In this document: one piece after another, positions 13,481 through 26,007 of the stretch
Position numbering within the stretch: position 1 is the first letter of the stretch
How the letters are laid out: each line of letters opens with the position of its first letter
Assembly (NCBI RefSeq): GCF_006345805.1
Contig: NC_043012.1
Span: forward strand, 13,950,001 to 14,014,000
Direction of reading: 5' to 3'
Length of the DNA: 64,000 bases
Source of the DNA: Octopus sinensis
Taxonomy: Eukaryota
The notes under the pieces: generated by a model
What the model saw: the letters and a program-made list of their open reading frames with translations, nothing else
The model's database searches: none
What the model was told of the DNA's origin: nothing
Made by a program: the position numbers and the translations under genes

Positions 13481-13894
13481 TACAGTTATAAATTCAGTTG
13501 TACACACATACACGCGCGCAAAGGTACATACACACACAAACACTCACCAACCGCCACCGAACCCCATATACAAACATCCCACACTCTCACGCATACAAAA
13601 CGCACGCGTAAACATATTGTAATCCTCTTTTGTTTTGTTAGGATCTTGAAGAAACGTATCAAATCCGGCGATACATAAATACCAATTGAGAGACACATTA
13701 TTCAAATGTGAATTACTATAAGTTCCATGCTCTCATAGTACAGTAGGCGGATGAGTTTGTATAGCGTGCCGTGCAATATACTGCAATCTTGCTAACTCAA
13801 AAGAGAGAGGTGACCTTTTTAATTGGAAGATTGCAGCATAGTACACATCAAGCTATTCAATCTCGTCCAACAACTGTACTATCTGCGCGTAACA

Positions 13895-14060
13895 GTTGTA
13901 AAAACTGCTGGTGTGTTTACTTCCCCAGAGACCAGTAGAATAAGTACTAGGCGTACGAAGAATAAGTCCTAGGGTCGATTTGCGCGACTAAAGGCAGTGC
14001 TCCAGCATGGCCACAATCAAATGACTGAAACAAGTAAAAGAGTAAAAGAGCATAAGAGTA
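13895..14060 (+). mobile_element. SINE family B 3' fragment
   Basis: gaataagtactagg...gtgctccagcatggccacaatcaaatgactgaaacaagtaaaagag. Confidence 0.85.
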
Positions 14061-15140
14061 TATGTATCAGATTGTTATATAAAGTTAAGATATTTGAAAA
14101 AGTTCTATTTTCCCGTAGCTGAAAGAATGTACCACACTATTATACTAGTTTATATATGAAGTATTGTCTCTATCTAAATTAAACGACGTTGACATTGTTG
14201 TGTTTGGAAGTGGAAAAGAATTCTTGTTTAAGTTGAATAACCAGATTCTTGTTTCCTGATGTTGCAGCGTACTAACCTCTTAATCCTAAAGCCGTACGAA
14301 ACTGTATGTAAGAGTTTAAACATATTACAGGTTCACTATATGCAATAATAGTTACGATTTGTTGTGCTGACATTATATCTTTGGATAACGTTGCGAATTA
14401 AGCAGCGTTCGCCAGATATTGGCAAATAATAACGGATTAAATTATACTAATAATTCAGACAGTGTGAATATGCAATTATCTACATAACCAGTAGGACATA
14501 ACATACTTATATTGACTAAGTGACCACATGTAAAGTAATGTAACTTAGAATGAAATATATTTTGATCATCGGTGAAATATTGAAAAACCACGAAGTTGGA
14601 GTATGAGAAACGTGAGAAAAACGAGGAGAAAAAACACAAAAAAGATAGAGTCACGCATGCGAGACATTCCTCCTCACTCTCACCAAATCAGCTATAAGAA
14701 CGTTGAACCTGGTGTTGTCTGCAATCCTGTACCTTTTAGAATATACAAAAGAAAACATATATAACAGCAAGGAGGCTAACGTCCTTGAGATAACCAAACA
14801 GATTATTTGGAGAAAGATACCATGTTATATAAACCTGGCTTTCGCTTACATTCCTTTTTTCATTCTTTAAAAACTTTGCTGGTAGCACCTGCCATGCGGC
14901 TTACTGGATTTCAAAAAATCTCTTGTTTTAGTCATACACACATACACTCACACATGTATATATGTGTGTGTGTGTGCGTATGGCTGTGTGTGTGAATGTA
15001 TGAATATATGGATGTTTCTGTGTATGTACACACACATGTCAAGTGTAGTAAATATGCACTCCTCAATATACTATTTCATTTTTGCTAACACTAACTGGCG
15101 ATTTATTATCTTTCAGATTATAGTCTTCTTTTAATCTTTC

Positions 15141-15227
15141 ACTCTTTTATTTGTATAAAGGCTGGAGCACCGCCTTTAGCCGACGTAAACACACCAGCAT
15201 CGGTTGTCAAGTGATGTTGGAGGACAA

Positions 15228-15260
<33 letters not shown>

Positions 15261-15442
15261 CATACATATACATATATACGACGGGCTTTTTTCAGTTTCC
15301 TTCTACCAAATCCACTCACAAGGCTTTGGTCGGCCCGAGGTTATAGTAGAAAAGAGTTGCCCAAAGTGCCACGCAGTGGGGCTTAACCTGGAGCCATGTG
15401 GTTGGTAAGCAAGCTACTTACCACACAGCCACTCCTGCGCCT
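15141..15442 (-). mobile_element. SINE family B with partly deleted tail
   Basis: Reverse complement of the head, aagcaagctacttaccacacagccactcctgcgcct, ends at 15442. Confidence 0.85.
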
Positions 15443-15545
15443 ATAAGCAAGTATACAACTTGCTTAGAGTAGCTAGCCATATCCTGAAACAAAAACCACT
15501 TAAAAGAGGGTATATTATGAGTCAAAATAATGTATATTATGAGAA

Positions 15546-16330
15546 TGTCTGAAAGAATTTCACCACGTTCATCACACGAGGAAGGAATTATGACACAGTA
15601 GAGGTGCGATTCGCGACGGAAGACGAAGCGATAAAGCACTCCACTGTAACCGTAAAGACAGAAGAATGTGTACTTTAGCCAATATACTGTGGCAAGCGCA
15701 TTGCCAGGGTAAGAATTCGAAAAATACCCCCAGAAATAAACGAAATATAGTTGGTAGCAGCGATAATGTTTAACATGGAGGAAGAAGTGAGATTATCAAA
15801 AGGGACAAGAACCAAAAGGTTAAATTAGTAGGGTTATGGTATAGAACTGGTCATATAAGGCAGTTTAAGTGACTTAAACACAATCGCAGAGGAAATAATT
15901 TTACCAGGGGATGTGAGACTGAGAGTGATAGTGGAGGGCAGGCCTCCCATATGCTATCAATGTGGAGAAAAAGGCCACATGGAGGCAAAGTGTCCCTCGA
16001 GAGAAGAGAAACAACAGAAGGAACAGTTTAAAGAACAAGAGTAGGAAGACGAAGTGGTACAAGAGGAGACAGTAGTAACAGAAGGGGCAATAAGTGGTAA
16101 ATAAGTGAAAAGGGAAAGAAAGAGTATGCTCTCCGCCGGAGAGGCAGAAAAAGAAAAAGGAAGAGAAAGAGGTTGAAAAGGAAGTGACAGAAACGAGTTT
16201 TCTAGCTGCACCAGCGCAAGAGGAAGAGAAGGAGTTGGATAGTAGAGAGAGACAACGGTCAGTGCCTTCGATATAGTACACCATGCAAGTATTTCAAGAA
16301 ATGTTAGGAAGAAATGGAAAAGAAGAACGA
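15546..16330 (+). pseudogene. Tx1/L1-like LINE ORF1 remnant with CCHC zinc knuckle
   Basis: The frame reads EVRFATEDEA...RVRIRKIPPEI...LRVIVEGRPPICYQCGEKGHMEAKCP with several in-frame stops. The CX2CX4HX4C motif is at 15952-15993 and is followed by an E/K-rich tract. Confidence 0.75.
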
Positions 16331-16647
16331 GACTAGAAGAACTCAAAAGAATTGAGCAGATCATTCGATCTTGGGATCAACAATAGAGGGTGAAACTTTG
16401 ATAGGCCATTGGTAAGGAGTTATTACAGAGGCAATTTAATGTCTTAAAATATTTAATGGTGCGGGTAGCCTTAGGTATATAGAAAAGACCATCTTCTAGT
16501 TTATTTTTCATTAGATTTTCATTGTTTGACTACTTTAAAATTTCAAAAAGTTCCATGCAACAAAGCCCGAACCTGTATCTGTTGTTTAAGAAGGGTTTAG
16601 CGATCCTAATGATGTCCCAAATCAACGACAATGTTAAATTTGATTTA

Positions 16648-17908
16648 CGAAGGGCGTTCAATAAGTAATGCCTCTGACCCACTTCCCATAGCAGTAGAGC
16701 AACGACACTTGGCACAGTTATTAGTCTTTTCCTACATAGGAACTACCCAGAGTTATGCATTTCTCCCATCGTTTGATACAGCTCTGGAGACCGTTTTTGT
16801 AGAAGACCCCAGCTTGGTCCTCCAACCGCGATGTGAATTCAGAAATCAAGGCTGCATCATCTGGGAAACGCTTTCCTTTCAAAATCAACTTCATGGCTGG
16901 GAAGAGGTGAAAATCAGAGGGTGCAAGGGGAGGAGTTCATAGCTGCACGCCTGTGCTTTTGATCTGGCGACACGCGAGTTGTGGACCGGAGCGTTGTCCT
17001 GCAGGAGGAGGATGCCTTTGCTGATCTTGCCCCGCCTCTTGATTTTGATAGCTTCTCTTAATTTCCTCAAAAGTGAAGCATAATAGGCTCCTATAATTGT
17101 GGTACCCTTTGCCAGGAAATCTGTCATCACTACTCCGTCCTGGTCCCAGAAGACTGTGAGCATAACCTTGTCAGCAGAGGGCTGCACCCTTGCCTTCTTT
17201 GGAGGAGGTGAGTCACGGTGCTTTCACTGCATTGACTGGGCTTTGGTCTATGGATCATAGTGATGGACCCAGGTTTTATCCTGTGTGATCAGTCTTTTGA
17301 AAAATTTTGACTCATCTTCTTGGCACATCTCCAAATTCATCCTCGAGCACTCAACGCGTTCTTGCTTCTGGAAAGGTGTGAGCGACCTGGAAATCCATCT
17401 GGCAGACACCTTTTGCATATGCAAATGGTCATGAATGATAGTTTCCACAGACCCGGTACTAATCTTGACCTTATGGGCTATTTGGCGAATAGTTATGCGT
17501 TGACCTTCCAAAATGGCAGCCTCAACTTGACGGACAGACGTCTCATCAACGGCAGAAGGGGGCGACCAGATCTGGGAGCTGTTTCCACAGAGTTCCGACT
17601 ATGTTTGAATTCACGATGCCAGCGTTTTACAAGGTCATATGATGGGGCATCATCACCATGAGTTACTTTCATTTCATCAAAAGTCTCCCGTGGTATGCGT
17701 CCTTTCAAATACAAAAACCAGATCACTGCTCGACACTCAACAGGCTCCATTTCACACTTGACTCGGTTCAAACACCTGTAAATCAGAAACCACAATTAGT
17801 TAATTCGCCACTTAATCTATAGACGTATAAATAAGTGCACATGCAAAATTTCAGCTAGATCAAACAACTGCAAGTGGGTCAGGGGCATTACTTATTGAAC
17901 GCCCCTCG
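16648..17908 (-). mobile_element. Full-length mariner (irritans-like, Himar1/Hsmar2/Bytmar1 group), 1261 bp
   Basis: TIRs cgaagggcgttcaataagtaatgcc and ggcattacttattgaacgcccctcg differ by 1 mismatch. TA TSDs at 16646-16647 and 17909-17910. Confidence 0.95.
16721..17750 (-). pseudogene. Mariner DD34D transposase pseudogene (frameshifts, HPPYSPD motif deleted)
   Basis: Fragments read MEPVECRAVI...PRSGRP, ARWISRSLT, ITQDKTWVHHYDP, LLQDNAPVH and LAPSDFHLFP...RWEKCITLGSSYVGKD*. Confidence 0.92.
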
Positions 17909-17979
17909 TAAGTTGGGAATGATCGATCAATAGATGGTTCGATAGATTTGCACATAGATAATTATGTTCTAGATAAATT

Positions 17980-17988
<9 letters not shown>

Positions 17989-18068
<80 letters not shown>

Positions 18069-18133
18069 GTACATACATACATACATACATACGTACACAC
18101 ATACATACATACATACATACATACATACATACA

Positions 18134-18165
<32 letters not shown>

Positions 18166-18170
18166 CATAT
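17989..18170. repeat. (GATA)n then (TACA)n microsatellites
   Basis: Directly visible. Confidence 0.95.
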
Positions 18171-18766
18171 TCGCAGTGGTATGCATGCGTACATCTATAT
18201 ATACAAGGTTGTATGCAAAGAGAGGGATATACACATATATGTTAACTGATATGTCTGTATATGTATGTATATCTACGACCATATATGTATGCAAACACAT
18301 TTTTGTTTCTATTCTTTTATACTACGATATTCGCTATTATTATTATTACCGTCTCCTTTCTAACACCCTCAGCCTTTCTAAATTCCGAAACTTATAAGCC
18401 TAAGTAAATCTAAGTAATAGGTTATACACACAAGAATACACACACACACACACACACTCACACACACTCACATATGGAGAAATATATATATATATATATA
18501 ATGAACAACGTCACTGCTCCAGCATGGCCGCAGTCTTTGTACTGAAACAAAAATATATATATATTCATATACAAATACAAATATAAACATATACATATAT
18601 ATAAATGTGTGTGTGTGTGTGTGTTTATATATTATATATATATATATATATATAGGGAGAGTTTATGAAAAAATATACATACATATATACGTACATATAT
18701 ATATATACATATATATGTGTGTCTATATATATCCACACACATACGTGTGCGCATAAATATATATAC

Positions 18767-18798
<32 letters not shown>

Positions 18799-19192
18799 TT
18801 GAATATTAGTCTCGTTACTTCTGAGATTTGAAAGCCTGAGATTGATAGAAATGGAAAAAAATCATAAAACTAATATCGCCAGTAATGGAATATCAGAAAT
18901 AAACGAAAAATAAGGTCTTGAAAGGTTTCATACAGCAGCAATATATCATTGAAAATTATGAACATAGTTTATTAAATTCTGAACATGAGAAAATTCATGT
19001 AACAATAACGACGGTATTATTTTAATCCATATTCCTGTAAGTTTTTATTGATCCCATCATAGAGTTGCATTGGGCTTTTCCTTATTTCTGCAGTGGTTTG
19101 ATATGAGATTATTAATATATTGACTCACTGATATATGCATATATATATCTATATCTATCTATTTATCTATCTATCTAGCTAGTTAGCTATCC

Positions 19193-19224
<32 letters not shown>

Positions 19225-19225
<1 letters not shown>

Positions 19226-19630
19226 GGCGTAGAAGTGGCTGTGTGGTAAATAGCTTGCTTACCAACCACATGGTTCCGGGTTCAGTCCCACTTGGCCATG
19301 GGTCTTCTACAATAGCATCGGGTCGACCAAAGCCTTGTGAGTGTATTTTGTAGACGGAAACTGAAAGAAGCCTGTCTTATATATATATATATATGTGTGT
19401 GTGTGGTGTGTGTGTTTGTGCGTCTGTGTTTACTCCCCCCCCCTCAACATCGCTTGACAACCGATGCTGGTGTGTTTACGTCCCCGTACTTTAGCGGTTC
19501 GGCAAAAGAGACCGATAGAGTAAGTACTAGGCTTATAAAAAATAAGTCCTGGGGTGGATTTGCTCGACTAAAGGCGGTGCTCCAGCATGGCCACAGCCAA
19601 GTGACTGAAACAAGTAAAAGAGTAAAAGAG
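19225..19630 (+). mobile_element. SINE family B, full length
   Basis: Head and tail match 9010-9495. Confidence 0.9.
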
Positions 19631-19984
19631 TATATATATATATATATATATCAGTCTTATATTGAAATGTCATTAAATATCATTCATTGAGTATAAACTA
19701 AGATTTACGGATTTAGTTCCACACTCATGGGATCTAGTTTCACAGGCCAATAATTTTCCTAATGAACACTGTTTTATACAATGTTCAAAAATGATAGAAT
19801 AAAATAAACGTATTAATGACTATGGGCGGACTGCGCTTGTGCCATTCTCCAAAAGTTCAGCATTGTCACACTGCTCCTGGGGATCAAGTCGTGCCCTCAA
19901 ATATCTGCTGAAGTCTGAGTTGCCTCTTCTTTACAACTCTAGAAAAGATGCAATTCAATAGATCCAACGACTGTAATACTTATA

Positions 19985-20236
19985 AGTAGTTGAATGAATT
20001 ATCTTAGTATGGATAATTCGGTTAACCGATACCTGGGTAGCAAATTCACGTCAGAAAAACACGGTTGAAGCTATATGCCAAGGGCAGAGATCACGTGCTT
20101 TCGTGTGGAAATTTGTGTGTTTTTTTAATACAAATAAATGAAAGAATGGAGTTGAACGACGATTTAACAAAATTCCTTTATTATCGACATATGTTTCGAA
20201 GGCTGCATATTCCTAATTTCGAAGGAATAAGGGAAT
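19985..20236 (-). mobile_element. Truncated copy of the hammerhead-bearing pLTR-like element of 23670-24278
   Basis: About 250 bp of collinear similarity with the same left boundary, agtagttgaatgaattatctt. It keeps the GAAACAUAUGUC half of the ribozyme and is cut by (TACA)n before CUGAUGA. Confidence 0.8.
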
Positions 20237-20247
20237 ACATACATACA

Positions 20248-20281
<34 letters not shown>

Positions 20282-20714
20282 CATACATATAGAGATATAT
20301 GTATACACAAACATATATAATGTATAACCCATATACATATATGTCTATATTCGCATGCATATCCCTCCCCCATACATATATGCGTGTGTGTGTGAGTGAG
20401 GGAGTGGGTATGTGTGTGCGTGTGTGTGTCGACCTATTACCTGGGATATCCCAGAAACAGCTGTGAGACATTAATTACTTCTACGTCTCCTATTTTTTGA
20501 TTCACCCTACTCGAATTAAATATTCTAAACGACCTGAGCTGCTCGTCCTGCCTTGGTTTTGTTTTCGTTTTCCTTTCATATATACCTGCTGACTCGTAAC
20601 CCTTGTACGAATCCCAAGCTCCAGCCTCAGCTGCGGGCTTGGAATGTGACGGATAACCAATTATAGCAGTTACGCAGCGTATCTGCTGGTTTAGATCATC
20701 ACAGAACTATACCC

Positions 20715-20789
<75 letters not shown>

Positions 20790-20874
20790 TGAGGGAATAT
20801 TAATCCAAACATACAGGGAAAAAAAGAAATACGAAATCAAATTTCTCACAATATCATATATATATATAATATAT

Positions 20875-20994
20875 TATAAAATTTAGGAAAAAAACACCCT
20901 TTATCAATTCAAAATTATTATATGTAATTTCTAGATGGTGTAATTTAATTGGTCATTTTGAATTGATAAAAGGTGATTTTTTTCTAATTTTATA
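20875..20994. repeat. Inverted repeat with arms of about 40 bp and a 39-nt spacer
   Basis: tataaaatttaggaaaaaaacaccctttatcaattcaaaat versus attttgaattgataaaaggtgatttttttctaattttata. Confidence 0.8.
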
Positions 20995-21504
20995 TATATA
21001 TATATAATATATATATATTATATATAATATATATATACACGTGTGTATTTATTTATGCATGAACTCTACTGAGCTAAAGATCCTACATTTCACTCTGAAG
21101 TACGTCAACCAGGGACTGTTTTTCAGAGACTTATTACCTCTGTGCCCCACAAAGAAAATACGGGACACCGTGGATATTAATGAATAGAAAAGGGGTGATA
21201 ATTTGCTAAGAGTAGAAGACATTTCACTTTATACAATAGCACAGGGCAGCCATTCACATATACTTTTACTCGATACAAACGGAAGCGAAAGCCATTGTAT
21301 TGATGATCACACTTGCAGTAGCAGAATCCAAATGTTACTTAAGTCAGTGACACTGTAATGTTATACATACCTCCTTTGACTATATGACTTCCAATTCAAG
21401 CTACCCTGGAGCTACATAACAACATGATTGGTTATGTTTCATACATTGTTTTCATTATGTATGCGTGTATAAGTGTGTGTATGTACGTGTCTTTAGCGAG
21501 TTGT

Positions 21505-22160
21505 TTGTATTTCTTTGTATATTTGCTATCTTCAGTTTCGGAATATATATTGTTTTCTCTAAGTACATGTGTCAGTTTTGCCATTATTTGAAGAAATAGT
21601 GGAATTACAATATGTTATACAAAACACGAGCTATCAAATGTATATTATACTGAAAAATATGAAAATAATGGGATGGTCTTTCTTGATATAAATCAAAGTA
21701 GCTTTTCATAATTATTTCTGTATTTAAGTACACGTATAAATGAAATTCTAATACATTTTGTCCGCGTATTATATACGGATATCCAGCTATGATATTGCTA
21801 AATAAACTGCGGTACGAATATCACTAACGTAAGCCATGTATCTACCGAAAGTCAAGAGACATGTCTTTCTTTGATTAATCATGATTTTATTGTCCTTTAA
21901 GTATTACATGTCTAATCAAATCGGTCAGGCCGATTTCTACTCTGAAGTTTGAAAATGGTTAAGACTTTTAAGCTTAAAAGTAAGGTTAGATGTGCTTTAT
22001 TTAATTATTTCAAAGCGAATGCTCGATCATGACATTCGTCTCGGATTCAACCTTCGGTCCAGCTAGTTGCTAGGCAAGATCTTACAGTACATTTATTTCC
22101 TTAAAAGTTCATGCTGGCTACATTTTCTTCTCACTAAGCAACTGCCGCCAGCACTGTACG
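21505..22160 (+). repeat. Diverged direct repeat, copy 2 (paired with 12805-13480)
   Basis: See copy 1. Confidence 0.8.
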
Positions 22161-22311
22161 TGGATACTTATACTGCAACAAAACAAGCAGAAATGAGGAA
22201 AAGGATTTTAGTGATACCGTAAGTTTATACAGTGCTTTAATCTGCTGGAAAATAATGCTATTGCATTGATAGTAATGCTATTGTACTATAATAATAATAA
22301 TAATAATAATA

Positions 22312-22347
<36 letters not shown>

Positions 22348-22500
22348 TGTATGTATGTATGTATATGTATACACGTAAGTATATATGTGTGCGTGGGGTG
22401 TATACTAGCAATTAATATAAACTATAAATAGGCTCGCACAATCTGATGCTATATAAAGGAAAATACAATCTATATATAGGCGTGTGTATAAAGAAGCTGC

Positions 22501-22600
22501 NNNNNNNNNNNNNNNNNNNNNNNNNNNNNNNNNNNNNNNNNNNNNNNNNNNNNNNNNNNNNNNNNNNNNNNNNNNNNNNNNNNNNNNNNNNNNNNNNNNN
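22501..22600. other. Assembly gap (100 N)
   Basis: Run of exactly 100 N, typical of a gap of unknown size. Confidence 0.99.
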
Positions 22601-22848
22601 TTGCATGTATTGAAATAATCAATGTCAGAAGAATAGAGGTATAGACATACATCTGAGATGAAGCGGATGAAGAAATCTACTGCGTCCTTAAGATGGTTCA
22701 TTTCCTGCACAGTGGAGTAAGATCGACCCCTACCCACCCACCCCCACACACACATCTTGGCATCTAGATATAGAACTTCTGCGATATTCTGGATTTGAAA
22801 ATTATGCTGTAATAAAATATTAGTTATCGGGAACTGCCAACTGTCCAG

Positions 22849-22887
<39 letters not shown>

Positions 22888-22981
22888 TACATACACTGGC
22901 ACCCGCGCGCAAATAATTGTACGTCAGTGTATCCAGCATGGCTGCTGTTTAATGACTAAAAACAGTAAATTAAAGGACATA

Positions 22982-23059
<78 letters not shown>

Positions 23060-23546
23060 ATTTTATGTGCCGGATTAGTGCTGCTACGGCGTATGAGGAA
23101 AGAGTACCTGACCAAACACATACATTAGCTATTCAATTATAAACACGGATTGTATAAAAATCTCGGATAGCTCAGTAATTCATGAATAAAATTTATTAGT
23201 CAATGCATCAAATACAGATAGCGTCATATTAAGATGAGACCGAAAATTCTAATAAGATGACAGTTGCAATACAACTTCATCTCGAAGGCAACAGACATTG
23301 TATGTAAAGAGATCATTAACTCTGTAAATAAAAGAGATGGAATAGTGTTGCAGCTGTTTTGATTGTAAATCGGCTTCATCGAACTTAAAATTGCAAACTT
23401 GTCGTAGCCTTCCGGTGTAATTTTTCATCAGTTATATACGACTGTTTCGTTAAAAGTACAAAAGACTATTTTCAAGTGATTACTATAATGCATGTCCATA
23501 TGTACACGATGGAAAGAAAATAGAGCAGACGACATCTTTCATCACT

Positions 23547-23581
<35 letters not shown>

Positions 23582-23864
23582 GGTGTGTGTGTGTGTGTGT
23601 GTGTGAGTGTGTTGTATGTATGTGTATGTATATATGTATGTATTTAAATACATATATATATATATATTTGAGTAGTTGAATGAATTATCTTATTAAGGAT
23701 AATTCGAAAGATAACCGATACCTGGGTAGCAAATTCACATCAAAAAGAACGGTTGAAGTTACGTCCCTAGGGCATAGACTACGTGCTTTCGTGCGGAAAT
23801 TTGTATGTTTATTTTAAAAATATAAGTTTATGAAAGAATGGAGTTGAACGACTTGTTAACAAAT

Positions 23865-23963
23865 TTCCTTTATTTTCGACATATGTTTCGAAGGCTGCAT
23901 ATTCCTAATTCCGAAGGAATAAGGAGTACATTATGCAGATTTCTCATCAGGAAAGGCAAGGAA
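23865..23963 (-). ncRNA. Type I hammerhead ribozyme (mirror copy)
   Basis: Exact reverse complement of 24135-24233. The GUC site has C at 23878. Confidence 0.8.
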
Positions 23964-24134
23964 CTTATGTCGACATCAAAATACACAAAAAACTTTTAGC
24001 TGACTGCTCTCAAGGAGCCCATGGCGATAATGAGTGTCTGTTTATAAGGAGTGACGTCAGATACTCATTATCGCCATGGGCTCCTTGAGAGCAGTCAGCT
24101 AAACGTTTTTTGTGCATTTTGATGTCGACATAAG

Positions 24135-24233
24135 TTCCTTGCCTTTCCTGATGAGAAATCTGCATAATGTACTCCTTATTCCTTCGGAATTAGGAATATG
24201 CAGCCTTCGAAACATATGTCGAAAATAAAGGAA
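24135..24233 (+). ncRNA. Type I hammerhead ribozyme with extended stem II
   Basis: uuccuu gcc uuuc-CUGAUGA-(54-nt stem II closed by G-C, including cugcaua/uaugcag)-GAA-ac auau gu-C-gaaa aua aaggaa. Cleavage predicted after 24220. Confidence 0.8.
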
Positions 24234-24423
24234 ATTTGTTAACAAGTCGTTCAACTCCATTCTTTCATAAATTTATATATATATATATATATATATGTAC
24301 AAATACAAAATGGGACAAGAACGCAAAACATTCAAATAGACGATACAAAAAACACGGACGGGTCATTCGAAGCCTCTAATCCTCACCTCAGTCAAGAACC
24401 GGATCATCCTCGCAATTTCGGGA

Positions 24424-24461
<38 letters not shown>

Positions 24462-24516
24462 GCACCCGCACCTACATATACATAGATATATAAATAATAA
24501 TGTATATACATATATT

Positions 24517-24547
<31 letters not shown>

Positions 24548-24599
24548 TTATATATGCATATAGGTACATGCATACATACACTATAAACAAACATAAATC

Positions 24600-25640
24600 T
24601 GACCAAATTGTTTATAAAAGAGTTGCTTCATGTATGGGTGAAAGGCGTTGGCGTGCATAATAATTGAAATTGTATTTAAGAAAAAAAGCAGCTGACATGG
24701 AGGTATGGAAGCTATCTGAATGTTGGAAGATAGTTACCTGAATAATGGGGATTCGCGCCGGGTATCAAAGTGCCAACACCATGACTGCTACTCAATGCTC
24801 TATGAACTCAGTAAAACAGTAATATGCAATATGGGCAGCAGTACGGAGACTACAAAGCCGTGGCCGGCGGGAAAGGCTACAGAAATATTTCTGACTGCTT
24901 TAGGCAACCTGGAATTGATGCAACAATAGCAAGATAGGATGATTTAAGAACCGAGCAAGGAAATCCGGGCTTTCGTGAGAAAGATTAGTGTTGAAATCAC
25001 CACCATGTTTCCGGCCCTGAATGACAATGTTCGCTACTAATCGTACAAGAGTCTTTCAACGGGATGGAGCATCCTGACGATCCAGAGATTACCAGGTCCT
25101 TATCAGATGAGAATAACTTATGCCAGGAGCAGTTTCACAAGTCCCAGAAAAACGGACAGCATGCCTACAAGTCCTTTGATGGCCGACATATCATGAAAAC
25201 TAAGTTTCCCGAGTGAGGGTGATGTCATGCCACTCCACACTCTTGAACAGGGACTGAGGCTCAATTCAGACGGTTATGTGAAGCTACTAAAGAATGTGGC
25301 TTAACTGACTGGAGAGGGTTGCTGCCGGAATCCCCTATGTGAAGCAGCAGAACTTGGCACTTTGCCATGCAAATCCCAGGAAATAGTCAATCGTGGCTGT
25401 CAGAGAATTTCTAAGACTTCACTCGACCTAATGTCTGGTAATTCCATCGATTACTTCGTGTCGGACTCGGTTGCGAATGGCAACAGCCACTTTACCTGCA
25501 ACATTGGACAACATAATGGACGTGTTCCATGATCTTCGTAGGGACACAGCGAGGAAGGCATGCGCCATGTTCCGGAGCCCTTTTGAGGTTTTAGTGGAAG
25601 GAAATGGCGGCTATTTGGAGAAAACTATTATGTGTCAGTC
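24600..25640 (+). pseudogene. maT/DD37D (Tc1/mariner) transposase remnant
   Basis: Fragments read SDENNLCQEQFH, MKTKFP, EGDVMPLHTLEQGLRLNSDGYVKLL, KQQNLALCH and KACAMFRSPFEVLVEGNGGYLE. Confidence 0.85.
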
Positions 25641-25767
25641 ATAATCTAGTTGATTAATTTTTTTTTTTAATTCAAAAATATTTTTATTTAGAATATGATA
25701 TTATACTATATTTTCCTTTTATGCAAACTATCAAATTTAACCTGGACCGTCGTATATATATATATTT

Positions 25768-25975
25768 TTTTCTTTTACGTGTTTCAGTCATTTGACTGCA
25801 GCCATGCTGGAGCACCGCCTTTAGTCGAGAAAATCGACCCCGGGACTTATTCTTTGTAAGCCCAGTACTTATTCTATCGGTCCTTTTTTGCCGAACCGCT
25901 AAGTGACGGGGACGTAAACACACCAGCATCGGTTGTCAAGCAATGCTAGGGGGACAAACACAGACACACAAACAC
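25768..25975 (-). mobile_element. SINE family B 3' half
   Basis: gtttcagtcatttgactgcagccatgctggagcaccgcc...catcggttgtcaagc. Confidence 0.88.
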
Positions 25976-25976
25976 G

Positions 25977-26007
<31 letters not shown>

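Larger units (their letters stand above)
23820..24278. mobile_element. Inverted (foldback) pLTR-like duplication with 221-bp arms and a 17-nt loop
   Basis: Arms 23820-24040 and 24058-24278 are reverse complements. I counted 4 mismatches and no indel. Confidence 0.92.

Noticed and set aside
20613-20645. GC-rich hairpin ccaagc-cagc/gctg-gcttgg
   Set aside because: It is too short for a pre-miRNA and has no other supporting feature.
24355-24410. Minus-strand ctgaggtga...gaatgacccgtc next to the large foldback
   Set aside because: The core deviates at several positions and stems could not be built.
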